From Candidatus Nomurabacteria bacterium (GTDB lineage: Bacteria > Patescibacteriota > Minisyncoccia > Phycocordibacterales > UBA9973), in NCBI GenBank assembly GCA_031425235.1, contig JANPIZ010000008.1, forward strand, positions 91,377 through 155,376: DNA of 64,000 nucleotides, written 5' to 3'. Made by a program: the position numbers and the translations under genes. The notes below the pieces were generated by a model. It was not told where the DNA came from, did no database searches, and saw nothing but the letters and a program-made list of their open reading frames with translations. Every line of letters starts with the position of its first letter. Position 1 is the first letter of the stretch. Below are positions 1 through 8,295 of the stretch, piece after piece.

Positions 1-357
1 GTGATGCTGATTTGAAAGGCGAGAGAGAACAAGGCGGTAGCCACCAAGGCTTCCCTTAAGCCATTTTGATATGCGGGCAATTGTCGTAGAAGAAAGCCCT
101 GTGCTCTCACTGATAGCATTGTACTGCACATCTCTTGAGAGTAGGGAAGCAGCTTCGAGTCTATTTGCGAATTCTTGTATTTCACCTTCAGTCATAAGGT
201 CACGTAGAAAAGATTCAGCTTCTTGTGTATTTTTCAAAGCCAAAAAAGCTTGCACGAGTTGCTTGTTTTCAGGTTGGTTCCAGTCAATGTTTGACCCGAT
301 ACCTTGAACCATCTCTACTGTTTTAATATTCGTATTTTTATTCATTCCTTTACTCAT
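1..357 (-). CDS. TrpR-like YerC/YecD family DNA-binding protein (3' end runs off the window)
   Basis: Minus-strand ATG at 355-357. Translation MSKGMNKNTNIKTVEMVQG...FLRDLMTEGEIQEFANRLEAASLL...ISESTGLSSTTIARISKWLKGSLGGYRLVLSRL matches the YerC/YecD (TrpR-like) family along its whole length. It is absent from the ORF track only because it has no in-window stop. Confidence 0.8.
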   Translation of the reverse strand, partial: MSKGMNKNTNIKTVEMVQGIGSNIDWNQPENKQLVQAFLALKNTQEAESFLRDLMTEGEIQEFANRLEAASLLSRDVQYNAISESTGLSSTTIARISKWLKGSLGGYRLVLSRLSNQHH

Positions 358-358
358 C

Positions 359-430
359 CCAGTACTAAAATTTTAAGTTTATATTAATATCGACTCTTGT
401 CCGTAATCAAAAATTTAGTACGGGACAAGT
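359..430 (-). repeat. Copy 1 (reverse orientation) of a ~70-bp TIR-bearing upstream cassette; abuts the yerC-like start codon
   Basis: About 85-90% identical to 10677-10745 and 21602-21673. Terminal inverted repeats are GTACTAAA(A)TTTT ... AAAATTTTAGTAC, with an internal cccgta/tacggg hairpin. Confidence 0.75.
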
Positions 431-443
431 ACAGCTACTTTAT

Positions 444-473
444 CAAACTAAAGTACTTTAGTCAAGTAAAGTA
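444..473. repeat. Copy 1 of a 29-nt motif containing the perfect palindrome CTAAAGTACTTTAG
   Basis: caaACTAAAGTACTTTAGTCAAGTAAAGTA is repeated almost exactly at 6337-6365. Confidence 0.7.
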
Positions 474-587
474 TAAAAATCGCTGTGGAAAACTTTACTT
501 AGGTAAAGTAGGTAATTAAAGCTTTATTTAAATAAAATAAAAAGTCAGCATTCTTGTTTTGAATTACTGACTTTTTTGATAATTTAT

Positions 588-1004
588 TTAATAACTTCGA
601 TAATTGAAGGCACTTTGTATATCTTCAGATTTTAACATAAGACTTTTATTCCAACCAAAGGGAGAAGTTTTCACTTCAAACCCTTCAAATTGTCTGCATT
701 TTTCTAAAACCTGAAATGCAATATCTTTAGCAACTGTAGGGGTTGCTTGACTAGAACTTAGATGGTCAAACGCCTCGATCACAAGTTTTTTATTTCTCGC
801 AATTTTTTTAATATCATCGCAGATATCTTTGACTTGTTTTTGACCATCTTTGCTTTCAACTTGGAAGAGCACAAGTAAGCAATCTTTCATTTCTTCTTTT
901 GCTTTACCTGTTATATCTGCTGGTTCATAAACACCCCCTACTCGATTTGAAATAGTTATCGCTTCAGATGCCCATTCCTTGACGAATATCATTAATGCTT
1001 TCAT
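588..1004 (-). CDS. Free-standing archaeal-type threonyl-tRNA synthetase editing domain-like protein (DTD-like fold, putative Ser-tRNA(Thr) trans-editing factor)
   Basis: 138 aa. The C-terminal half, FDHLSSSQATPTVAKDIAFQVLEKCRQFEGFEVKTSPFGWNKSLMLKSEDI, follows the conserved AHLSS...P..A...L...G.EV.R.PFGW.K.F pattern of the Pyrococcus-type ThrRS N-terminal editing domain. No catalytic ThrRS domain is attached. Confidence 0.55.
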   Translation of the reverse strand: MKALMIFVKEWASEAITISNRVGGVYEPADITGKAKEEMKDCLLVLFQVESKDGQKQVKDICDDIKKIARNKKLVIEAFDHLSSSQATPTVAKDIAFQVLEKCRQFEGFEVKTSPFGWNKSLMLKSEDIQSAFNYRSY

Positions 1005-1042
1005 TGCTTTTTCTCCTTTGTTCTGATTTATAATATGAACAT

Positions 1043-1408
1043 TTAGTAGTAGAATCCATTAGGATAACACCGAAATTCAATAATATCCTTCTTAATGGCT
1101 TCTGACATAAGAGAGAAAGTTTTCTTATGATCCAGAGCTGAACTTCGCATGCCAAGCTGTGTGCAAAAAGAATTTAGTTCATCTTTTGTAAGCCCATTGA
1201 ATACACTTACTACAGCATCTGTAATAAATTTCAATGCTTCTTTTTCACACACAAAAACATGCTTCCATATTTTTCCAAAATTTATAAGTAATTCAGTTTC
1301 CCCTGCCTTGCAACCACACATCAATACAACTCCTGGGTTCAAAACCAAGCAACTCTTGATAAGTGAACGTGTTTCTTTCATTTTCTTTCTCCAATATTTA
1401 TTTGTCAA
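1043..1408 (-). CDS. hypothetical protein (121 aa), co-directional with and immediately upstream of the ThrRS-editing-like gene
   Basis: Intact ORF with a 38-nt gap to the downstream gene. No family recognised. Confidence 0.4.
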   Translation of the reverse strand: MTNKYWRKKMKETRSLIKSCLVLNPGVVLMCGCKAGETELLINFGKIWKHVFVCEKEALKFITDAVVSVFNGLTKDELNSFCTQLGMRSSALDHKKTFSLMSEAIKKDIIEFRCYPNGFYY

Positions 1409-1640
1409 TGAACCACTTTCATAAAGGGCGGTTCGAAGCCCCTTTGTTCAAAGAACAAAAACTGATCTATCTAAGAGACCAGTTGGAGGAGTCGAAATTT
1501 TGAGAAGATTACTAAATTATTTCGGCGCCTTGAAACAAGCCTCTTTTTGAGAGTTGTAATAGCCGTAATAATACATATTTGTTTGTATTTTATTTTTTTG
1601 AAAGGTTTGCGTATTCATAGATTTAAATTTAAATAATAAA

Positions 1641-1672
1641 AGGTAAAATAAAAAACCGCCTTGTGGGCGGTC
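1641..1672 (-). terminator. Rho-independent terminator for the nitroreductase gene
   Basis: On the minus strand, accgcccacaaggcggt is followed by TTTTTTATTTT. A second, weaker hairpin lies at ~1700-1725. Confidence 0.6.
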
Positions 1673-1807
1673 TTTGCTTGAAATAGTAAATTAATTAGCA
1701 AAAAGAAGACCGCTCCACAGGGCGGATATAATAGTTTACTGAAAATTTAATTAATGTAATCATTGCATCTATCTTATCATAATATAAAATTTTGTCAATA
1801 GCATATA

Positions 1808-2389
1808 TTAATTAATAAATTTCTCTTCAAAAACTATTTCTTCTAAGGATTTTCGAGTGCTTGGTTTTTCGCGTTCGCGTAGCTTTTGCGGCAGGTCTTC
1901 TATTTTTCCGGGTTTGCCTATAGCTATCATCATTTCTATTTTATAGTCATCAGAAAGTTTTAATTTTTCTTTTATAACTTCAGGAAGTATTCCACCCATG
2001 CCGTGAGCTACAATGTTCATTTCGGATGCTTGCAAAGCTAAATTTTCCCAAGCGGAGCCTGCTTCAAATGAATGCGTCTTTGCCTCGGTACCATCTGGGT
2101 TTGTTTTCTTGGAAATAGTGACGACAAGCATGGAAGCATTTTTACACCAGACTCTATTGCTTTCAGTGAGAAAATTTAAAAAGTTCTCAAATTCTTTAGA
2201 CTCTCGAGTAGCGTAGATAAACCTCCAAGGTTGAAAATTCCGCGATGAAGGCGCCCAGCGTGCTGCCTCAAAGAGCGTCATAATTTCTTCTTTTGAGAGT
2301 GCTTCTCCAGACATAGCTCGAGGTGAATGCCTCTTTAAAAATATCTCATTTATTGGGTATTCTGTTGTTCGAGTGTTTATGGTTTTCAT
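1808..2389 (-). CDS. NAD(P)H nitroreductase family protein
   Basis: RHSPRAM ... SSRNFQPWRFIY ... nitroreductase signature; 193 aa. Confidence 0.85.
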   Translation of the reverse strand: MKTINTRTTEYPINEIFLKRHSPRAMSGEALSKEEIMTLFEAARWAPSSRNFQPWRFIYATRESKEFENFLNFLTESNRVWCKNASMLVVTISKKTNPDGTEAKTHSFEAGSAWENLALQASEMNIVAHGMGGILPEVIKEKLKLSDDYKIEMMIAIGKPGKIEDLPQKLREREKPSTRKSLEEIVFEEKFIN

Positions 2390-2394
2390 TTAGT

Positions 2395-4914
2395 TTAGTC
2401 TTTCAAAAACTTTTCAATAATCTTTCCATCTCTTTTTAACCATTCGACATTACCTTCGAGTCTTTCGAGAAGTTGATCTATTGCTCTTTTTGCTCCTGGA
2501 GCTTCGTGGGTCTTGAAGAATTTTTTAATTGAAGTAAGGTGTTTTTCTTCAGCGCTGCCACCTATGGCTTTTACAGCCCGGCCAAGAGTGAGTCCACCTT
2601 CACCGTACCGGATCACTAAAGTCTTCCAATTCTTCTGCAAGAAATTCCACCAGATGTCTCTTCCCTGTGGATTTGATCCGACACTTGATAGGATGCTGAC
2701 GGTGTCTTGAGTGCGGACGTGCTCGGACATTGCAAACTCACAGGCTTTTTGCAAAAGTTCCTTATCTTTGAAATCACCCAAAGCACCGCCTAGGCGATTT
2801 TTTTCTTCATGTAAAGTTTCAGTTTTGTATTTTTTTATAAATTCTTCAAATTCTTTTTTACCTCCAGCCGAAGCGACGACTCCATATACCGCTCCCCGAA
2901 TGTCTGGATTTAAATTACTTGCTCGTCCTTTGGCGTGGTTACTCTTCAATTTCTTTCGTGCCTCATCTATCACTTTCTTGTCGCCAGCTCGGCCGAGGCG
3001 AGAAATAGTGAGCGAGCGGAGAAGGGTGTCAGCATGCGATTCATTTTCCTTAGCATTCCAGCCTAGTCGTTTAAAAATAGGGGAGAAAAGTTCTAGTGTA
3101 AGATTGTCTAAATTATCATTATGCTTTAATAGTTGCTCGATACGCGCCAGCCCCATAGCTATCTCTACACATACAGTGTAATTATCTTCTTCCGTGTAAG
3201 CTCGTAAAAATTCCAAAGCATCCGTGGTTGGTATTATTCCTGCTTCTGACAATGCAAACAAGTCACGAATAATGCCGAGTCTGTCGCGAGGTGAAAGTGT
3301 TCTATTTAAAACTGGCTCGACTAATTTTTCTAAAAGTTCTTTGGAGTAAGCAGTTCTATAAAATCCAGCTTCGCCATAGTTTACCTTGTTATTTTTGTAA
3401 GTTATCGGCATTTCCCATTTAGTATTGTCTCTTGTTTTTTTTGCCGAGACTGGGCTTGATAAGAACCTACTTTGCGAGAAATTTATCTTGCCGTTTTTCA
3501 TTTCTGCTTTGATGACAGGGTAGCCTGGTTTGCTCGTCCAGTTGTGCATCATCCGAGCAACTGGTTTTTTGGACACTTTTTCAAATGCCTGCCAGAGGTG
3601 AAGTGTTTTAGTATTTTTATAGCTGTGTTTTTTAAGATAATACCGCAACCCATCACGGAAATCTTTTTCACCGAGATATTCAGCAAGCATGCGGATGACT
3701 GATGCACCTTTGGAATATGAAACTTCATCAAATATTTCTCCGATCTCGCTTGGGTGATGCACTTCGACTTCAATTGGGTGCGTTGTTGCGAGCGCATCAA
3801 GTCGTAATGCGACTCCGAGGTCATTTGTAGAAAACTGTGTCCATATATCCCATTTTGGGAACATTTTATCTACGGCAAGGTATTCTATATATGAAGCAAA
3901 CCCTTCGTTCAGCCATAAGTGCGTCCACCATTCCATGGTGACCAGATTCCCAAACCATTGATGAGCAAGCTCGTGAGCGACGACCAGTGCTACCCATTGC
4001 TTGTTTGAAGCCGAAGAATGCTCTTCATCCACGAGTAGGGCACTTTCCCGATAGGTTACTGCACCCCAGTTTTCCATAGCTCCAGAAGCAAAGTCCGGGA
4101 TAGCTATCATGTCGAGTACTGGGAGCGGATATTTTATATCAAAATAGCTTTCGTAAAATTCTAAAGTTTTCACAGCACACTCGAGAGCAAACTTAGCCTG
4201 GTGTTTTTTGCCTGGAGTGGTATATACTCGTACGCGAGTTTTATTCTTGGTTTTCTTTTCAAGATATTCAAAATCTCCAATTATAAAAGCGAGGAGATAT
4301 GTCGACATTTTTGGAGTTGGTGCAAATTTTACAATTTTAAATCCTGATTCGTGTTCCCCGCCTGCATCAGCTATGCTGAAAGCATTGCGGGCAGGTTCGA
4401 CACTTGTGGGAAGAGTATTTGATATAGCAGTTTTATCGTCTGGTACGATAAGTGAAACATTAAAAATTGCTTTATGAGCTGGCTCATCAAAACATGGGAA
4501 TGCCCGCCTTGCATCTGTGGCTTCAAATTGCGTGGTCGCCATGTTATGTTCTTTGTCTATATTGATATATTTACTTCTGTAAAAGCCGCGCATTTTGTCG
4601 TTGAGAATTCCAGTGAACACCAACGTGAGTTTTGCCCTGCCTTTTTTAATAGGTTTCGAAAAAGCGAAGGTGGCTGTTTCGTTTTTTGTATTGTACGAAA
4701 TTTTCGCAAATACTTTCTCTTTACCTATTAGCACACTTGCTGTATCTATTTCTATCTCTTTTGAATGCAGGGTGATGGTTTTTGTATCTTTTGAAAGAGA
4801 TATAGTGATAGTTTCAAGTCCTCGAAAGGTAAAGTTTTCAAGGTCCGGTCGAAGCTGAATGTCGTATTCAAGTGGGATGACCTCTTTCGAGAGGCGAATA
4901 TTTTTATTTTTCAT
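2395..4914 (-). CDS. pepN: M1-family aminopeptidase N
   Basis: HELAHQWFGNLVTMEWW...LNEGFASY (HEXXH-X18-E zinc motif) and GAMEN-type exopeptidase motif (GAMENWG); 839 aa. Confidence 0.9.
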   Translation of the reverse strand: MKNKNIRLSKEVIPLEYDIQLRPDLENFTFRGLETITISLSKDTKTITLHSKEIEIDTASVLIGKEKVFAKISYNTKNETATFAFSKPIKKGRAKLTLVFTGILNDKMRGFYRSKYINIDKEHNMATTQFEATDARRAFPCFDEPAHKAIFNVSLIVPDDKTAISNTLPTSVEPARNAFSIADAGGEHESGFKIVKFAPTPKMSTYLLAFIIGDFEYLEKKTKNKTRVRVYTTPGKKHQAKFALECAVKTLEFYESYFDIKYPLPVLDMIAIPDFASGAMENWGAVTYRESALLVDEEHSSASNKQWVALVVAHELAHQWFGNLVTMEWWTHLWLNEGFASYIEYLAVDKMFPKWDIWTQFSTNDLGVALRLDALATTHPIEVEVHHPSEIGEIFDEVSYSKGASVIRMLAEYLGEKDFRDGLRYYLKKHSYKNTKTLHLWQAFEKVSKKPVARMMHNWTSKPGYPVIKAEMKNGKINFSQSRFLSSPVSAKKTRDNTKWEMPITYKNNKVNYGEAGFYRTAYSKELLEKLVEPVLNRTLSPRDRLGIIRDLFALSEAGIIPTTDALEFLRAYTEEDNYTVCVEIAMGLARIEQLLKHNDNLDNLTLELFSPIFKRLGWNAKENESHADTLLRSLTISRLGRAGDKKVIDEARKKLKSNHAKGRASNLNPDIRGAVYGVVASAGGKKEFEEFIKKYKTETLHEEKNRLGGALGDFKDKELLQKACEFAMSEHVRTQDTVSILSSVGSNPQGRDIWWNFLQKNWKTLVIRYGEGGLTLGRAVKAIGGSAEEKHLTSIKKFFKTHEAPGAKRAIDQLLERLEGNVEWLKRDGKIIEKFLKD

Positions 4915-4936
4915 AAAGAAATGTTAACATATAAGG

Positions 4937-5725
4937 GTGGAAACAGAAAGTTCGAGCCAGATATATACCGTAAAAACTGAAGCGTTTGAAGGGCCATTTG
5001 GCCTTCTTTTGGATTTAGTTGAGAAGCGCAAACTTTTTATAAATGATGTATCCCTGGCCAGTGTTACTGAAGATTTCTTGAGCCATATGAATAGTCTCGG
5101 CGACAGCGGCTCTTTAAGTCCAGCCGAAATAACGAGCTTTATTCAAGTAGCTGCGACTCTCATACTCATCAAATCAAAATCTTTACTGCCAAATCTTTCT
5201 TTGACGGACGAAGAGCAGGGTGACATAAAAAACCTAGAAGAACGGCTGCGACTATATAGAATTTTCATGGGCTTGGGGGGCTCTGTGAAAAGTAGTTTTG
5301 GAAAAGAAATGATTTTTGCGCCACTTGAACGCAAGAATGAAATCCTGGTATTTTTACCCGACAGTAGAATTACCAAGGACACCATGATGGAATTTGCACG
5401 CAATGTGCTCGGCGGGATGCCAAAAAAGGTTTTCTTGCCCGAAGTCGAAGTACGCAAGGTTATCAATATTGAAGAAGTTATTGATAACTTAACACAACGA
5501 ATCCAGAGCGCAATCACAATGAGCTTTGCTGAATTTTCTGGTAAAAAATCCGGACAACACACTCGAGCAGAAAAGGTGACAGTGATCGTGAGTTTTCTTG
5601 CTATGCTGGAGATGATAAGAAATGGTATATTGAATGCTGTTCAGAATAATCACATGGAAGATATTATTATTGAGAAAATTCCAGACTCGGCACTAGTAGA
5701 AGAAGTCGCGGGTGAAATAAATTAA
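4937..5725 (+). CDS. scpA: segregation and condensation protein A
   Basis: GTG start. N-terminus FEGPFGLLLDLVEKRKLFINDVSLASVTEDFL is typical ScpA. It is followed immediately by scpB. Confidence 0.8.
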   Translation: METESSSQIYTVKTEAFEGPFGLLLDLVEKRKLFINDVSLASVTEDFLSHMNSLGDSGSLSPAEITSFIQVAATLILIKSKSLLPNLSLTDEEQGDIKNLEERLRLYRIFMGLGGSVKSSFGKEMIFAPLERKNEILVFLPDSRITKDTMMEFARNVLGGMPKKVFLPEVEVRKVINIEEVIDNLTQRIQSAITMSFAEFSGKKSGQHTRAEKVTVIVSFLAMLEMIRNGILNAVQNNHMEDIIIEKIPDSALVEEVAGEIN

Positions 5726-5734
5726 ACAAAACAC

Positions 5735-6325
5735 ATGGATGAATTAGAAACAAAAATTGAATCAGTGTTATTTTGGAAAGGTGAGCCCATGTCACGAAAA
5801 AAGCTCGCGACTATTTTGAAAGTTTCTGAAAATGAAATAAACGATGCAGTAGAGAAACTTAAAAACAATTTGGCACACAGAGGCATCGTGTTACAAGAAA
5901 AAGAGAATGAAATAAATCTCGGTACAGCGCCCCAAATATCAAATTTAATTGAGGAACTTCGTAAAGAGGAGTTGAACAAGGAGCTTTCAAAGGCAACACT
6001 AGAAACATTATCAATCGTCCTTTACAAAAATGGAGCTACACGTGCTGAGATAGATTATATCCGTGGAGTAAATTCGAGCTTCACATTGCGTGCGCTTTCA
6101 GTGCGAGGATTAGTAGAGAAAACAGTAAGTGAGACAGATAACCGACGCTATATATACAAACCAACATTTGAACTCCTTTCATTTATGGGTGTGGCGAAGA
6201 TAGAGGACTTACCAGACTACGAACAAGTAAATAACTCAATACATAATGCTGTAAAAGAAGAGGATGTGGTCGCCGAAGAGTTGCCGATTCAAAACTTAGA
6301 AGATGAAACCACCTTCGAAAATTAA
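5735..6325 (+). CDS. scpB: segregation and condensation protein B
   Basis: Winged-helix ScpB pattern (EAxLF..GEP...L, TLETLSIVLYKNGATRAEIDYIRGV). Confidence 0.8.
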   Translation: MDELETKIESVLFWKGEPMSRKKLATILKVSENEINDAVEKLKNNLAHRGIVLQEKENEINLGTAPQISNLIEELRKEELNKELSKATLETLSIVLYKNGATRAEIDYIRGVNSSFTLRALSVRGLVEKTVSETDNRRYIYKPTFELLSFMGVAKIEDLPDYEQVNNSIHNAVKEEDVVAEELPIQNLEDETTFEN

Positions 6326-6336
6326 CTGACTTTATT

Positions 6337-6365
6337 CAACTAAAGTACTTTAGTCAAGTAAAGTA
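6337..6365. repeat. Copy 2 of the CTAAAGTACTTTAG-containing motif; abuts the start codon of Cys-rich paralogue 1
   Basis: Identical 27-nt core to 444-473. It ends 4 nt before the ATG at 6370. Confidence 0.7.
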
Positions 6366-6369
6366 AAAA

Positions 6370-8076
6370 ATGAAACAAGAAAGTGAAACAAAATCGTGCC
6401 AGAATTGCAAACAAGACTTTACTATCGAGCCGGACGATTTTGGATTTTATGAAAAAATAAAAGTACCTCTGCCAACTTTTTGCTCAGAATGCCGCAGGCA
6501 AAGAAGGCTTGCATGGAAGAATACATACAACTTATACAACAATTCTTGTAGTCTTTGTGGTAAAAACATTATTTCAATATATTCCCCTGATTCCTCTTTA
6601 ATTATTTACTGTGTTAGCTGTTTTTGGAGTGATAAATGGGATGCATATCAATACGGGCAAGATTTTGACCCTAATAGGTCTTTTTTTGAACAGTATATAG
6701 ATCTTAATAAAAAGGTACCAAAAATAGCTTTAATGAATGATGATGGTATTGCAAGTGTAAATAGTGCTTATTGTCACGATGTTGCTTTTTCGAAAAATTG
6801 CTACATGGTATTTATTTCCTGGAAACTTGAAAATGTGATGTATTCAGGAATGTTAAACAAGGGTCGCGAAATATGCGATTGCCTTTGCATGCAAGATTTT
6901 TGTGAGTATATGTACGAGTCAATGTTTGTAGATGAATGTTATAAATGCAGATATGTGACGTATGGTAGCATGCTACAAAATTGCGATTTTTGTTATGATT
7001 GTCGTGAGTGCAGTGATTGCTTTATGAGCTTTGGCTTGCGTAATAAAAAATATTTTTATAAGAACAAACAGTATTCCAAAGAAGAATACGAAAAAATTCT
7101 TAAATCTTATCAATTGCATACACGAACGGGTTGGGAAAGAGCCAAAAATGAATATAAAGAATTTATAATAACTTATCCTCGTCGTTTTGCTATGATAAGG
7201 AATTCAGTTAACTGTACGGGAGATGACCTTATAAGATGTAAAAACACGAGAGATTCCTTTTTTGCTCCCTTTAGTGAAGACTCTCGCTTTGTTGCAGGAG
7301 GGGTTAATTTTAAGAATTGTTATGATTTGTCTGGTGGAGGGGAAGTAGAGTATAGTTATGAATCTATCACGCCCGATCAATCATATAATAATTTTTTTAG
7401 TATCTATTCTTGGAAAAATAAAGAAATAGCTTATTGTGATAATTGTCATTCGTCTAATAACCTTTTTGGTTGTGCAAGCTTGAAAAAAGGTGAATACTCA
7501 ATATTAAATAAGAAATATTCAAAAGAAGATTATTTTAAATTAAAAGAAAAAATAATAATAAAAATGAAACATGATGGGGAATGGGGAGAATTTTTTCCAG
7601 TTCGATATTCATATTTTGGATATAATGAAACTGAAGCTTTTGATATGAATATTTTATCAAAACATGAAGCTGAAAATTTAAACTATAAATGGCGAGATAA
7701 TTTACAAAGAACTATTGGACAAGAAACTATCTCTCAAAAGGAAATACCAGATTCTATTTTTGATACAACTGAGTATATTTTATATGAAATTTTAAAATGT
7801 GAATCTTGCTCTCGAAATTATAAAGTTACGAACGACGAGCTGGTGTTTTACAAAAGAATGAATGTACCTATTCCAAAAATTTGCTTTTTCTGTAGAAATA
7901 AAAATCGCTTAAATACTAGAAATCCGTTTAAGCTTTGGCATCGCTCATGTATGTGTACTGTCAAGAATCACTTTCATGGAGAAAATAATTGTAAAATAGA
8001 ATTTGAAACTTCCTATGCCCCTGATCGGCCGGAGATGGTATATTGTGAAAAATGTTATCAAGCTGAAGTTTACTAG
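6370..8076 (+). CDS. Large cysteine-rich protein, paralogue 1 (unrecognised family; terminal zinc-ribbon-like motifs plus internally duplicated Cys-repeat core)
   Basis: 568 aa. N-terminal CQNCKQDF...FYEKIKVPLPTFCSECRRQRRL...C..C is repeated near the C-terminus (FYKRMNVPIPKICFFCRNKNRL...C.C). N-K-K-Y-S-K-E-E/D-Y occurs twice. The protein aligns end to end at roughly 40% identity with the ORF at 47848-49554. Confidence 0.8.
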   Translation: MKQESETKSCQNCKQDFTIEPDDFGFYEKIKVPLPTFCSECRRQRRLAWKNTYNLYNNSCSLCGKNIISIYSPDSSLIIYCVSCFWSDKWDAYQYGQDFDPNRSFFEQYIDLNKKVPKIALMNDDGIASVNSAYCHDVAFSKNCYMVFISWKLENVMYSGMLNKGREICDCLCMQDFCEYMYESMFVDECYKCRYVTYGSMLQNCDFCYDCRECSDCFMSFGLRNKKYFYKNKQYSKEEYEKILKSYQLHTRTGWERAKNEYKEFIITYPRRFAMIRNSVNCTGDDLIRCKNTRDSFFAPFSEDSRFVAGGVNFKNCYDLSGGGEVEYSYESITPDQSYNNFFSIYSWKNKEIAYCDNCHSSNNLFGCASLKKGEYSILNKKYSKEDYFKLKEKIIIKMKHDGEWGEFFPVRYSYFGYNETEAFDMNILSKHEAENLNYKWRDNLQRTIGQETISQKEIPDSIFDTTEYILYEILKCESCSRNYKVTNDELVFYKRMNVPIPKICFFCRNKNRLNTRNPFKLWHRSCMCTVKNHFHGENNCKIEFETSYAPDRPEMVYCEKCYQAEVY

Positions 8077-8078
8077 GC

Positions 8079-8130
8079 CTCCGGCTAGTTTATTAACTCT
8101 GCCCTTACTAGCCGGGGTAAGCTATTTTAA
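8079..8130 (+). terminator. Hairpin terminator after Cys-rich paralogue 1
   Basis: ccggctagt...actagccgg 9-bp stem followed by a T/A-rich run. Confidence 0.5.
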
Positions 8131-8295
8131 AAAAATACACTAAAATGCTATACTTTTAGAGCATGTATCCGGTTAGTAGAAAATGACATGGGATAAATCC
8201 GGATATAGTTTTATGGAAATTAAGTGAGTTATTATTAATTTATTATATATAAAATATACTATGCCTAACAAGGCAATGTCATTTTTCACTACCGG

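Noticed and set aside
71-307. 78-aa plus-strand ORF at the window start
   Set aside because: It lies entirely antisense to the well-supported YerC/TrpR-like minus-strand gene and has no features of its own.
2513-4858. Several 65-156-aa plus-strand ORFs (2513, 2711, 3472, 4208, 4474, 4595) inside the pepN locus
   Set aside because: All are antisense or out of frame to the 839-aa M1 aminopeptidase gene. They are low-complexity reading-through artefacts in AT-rich sequence.
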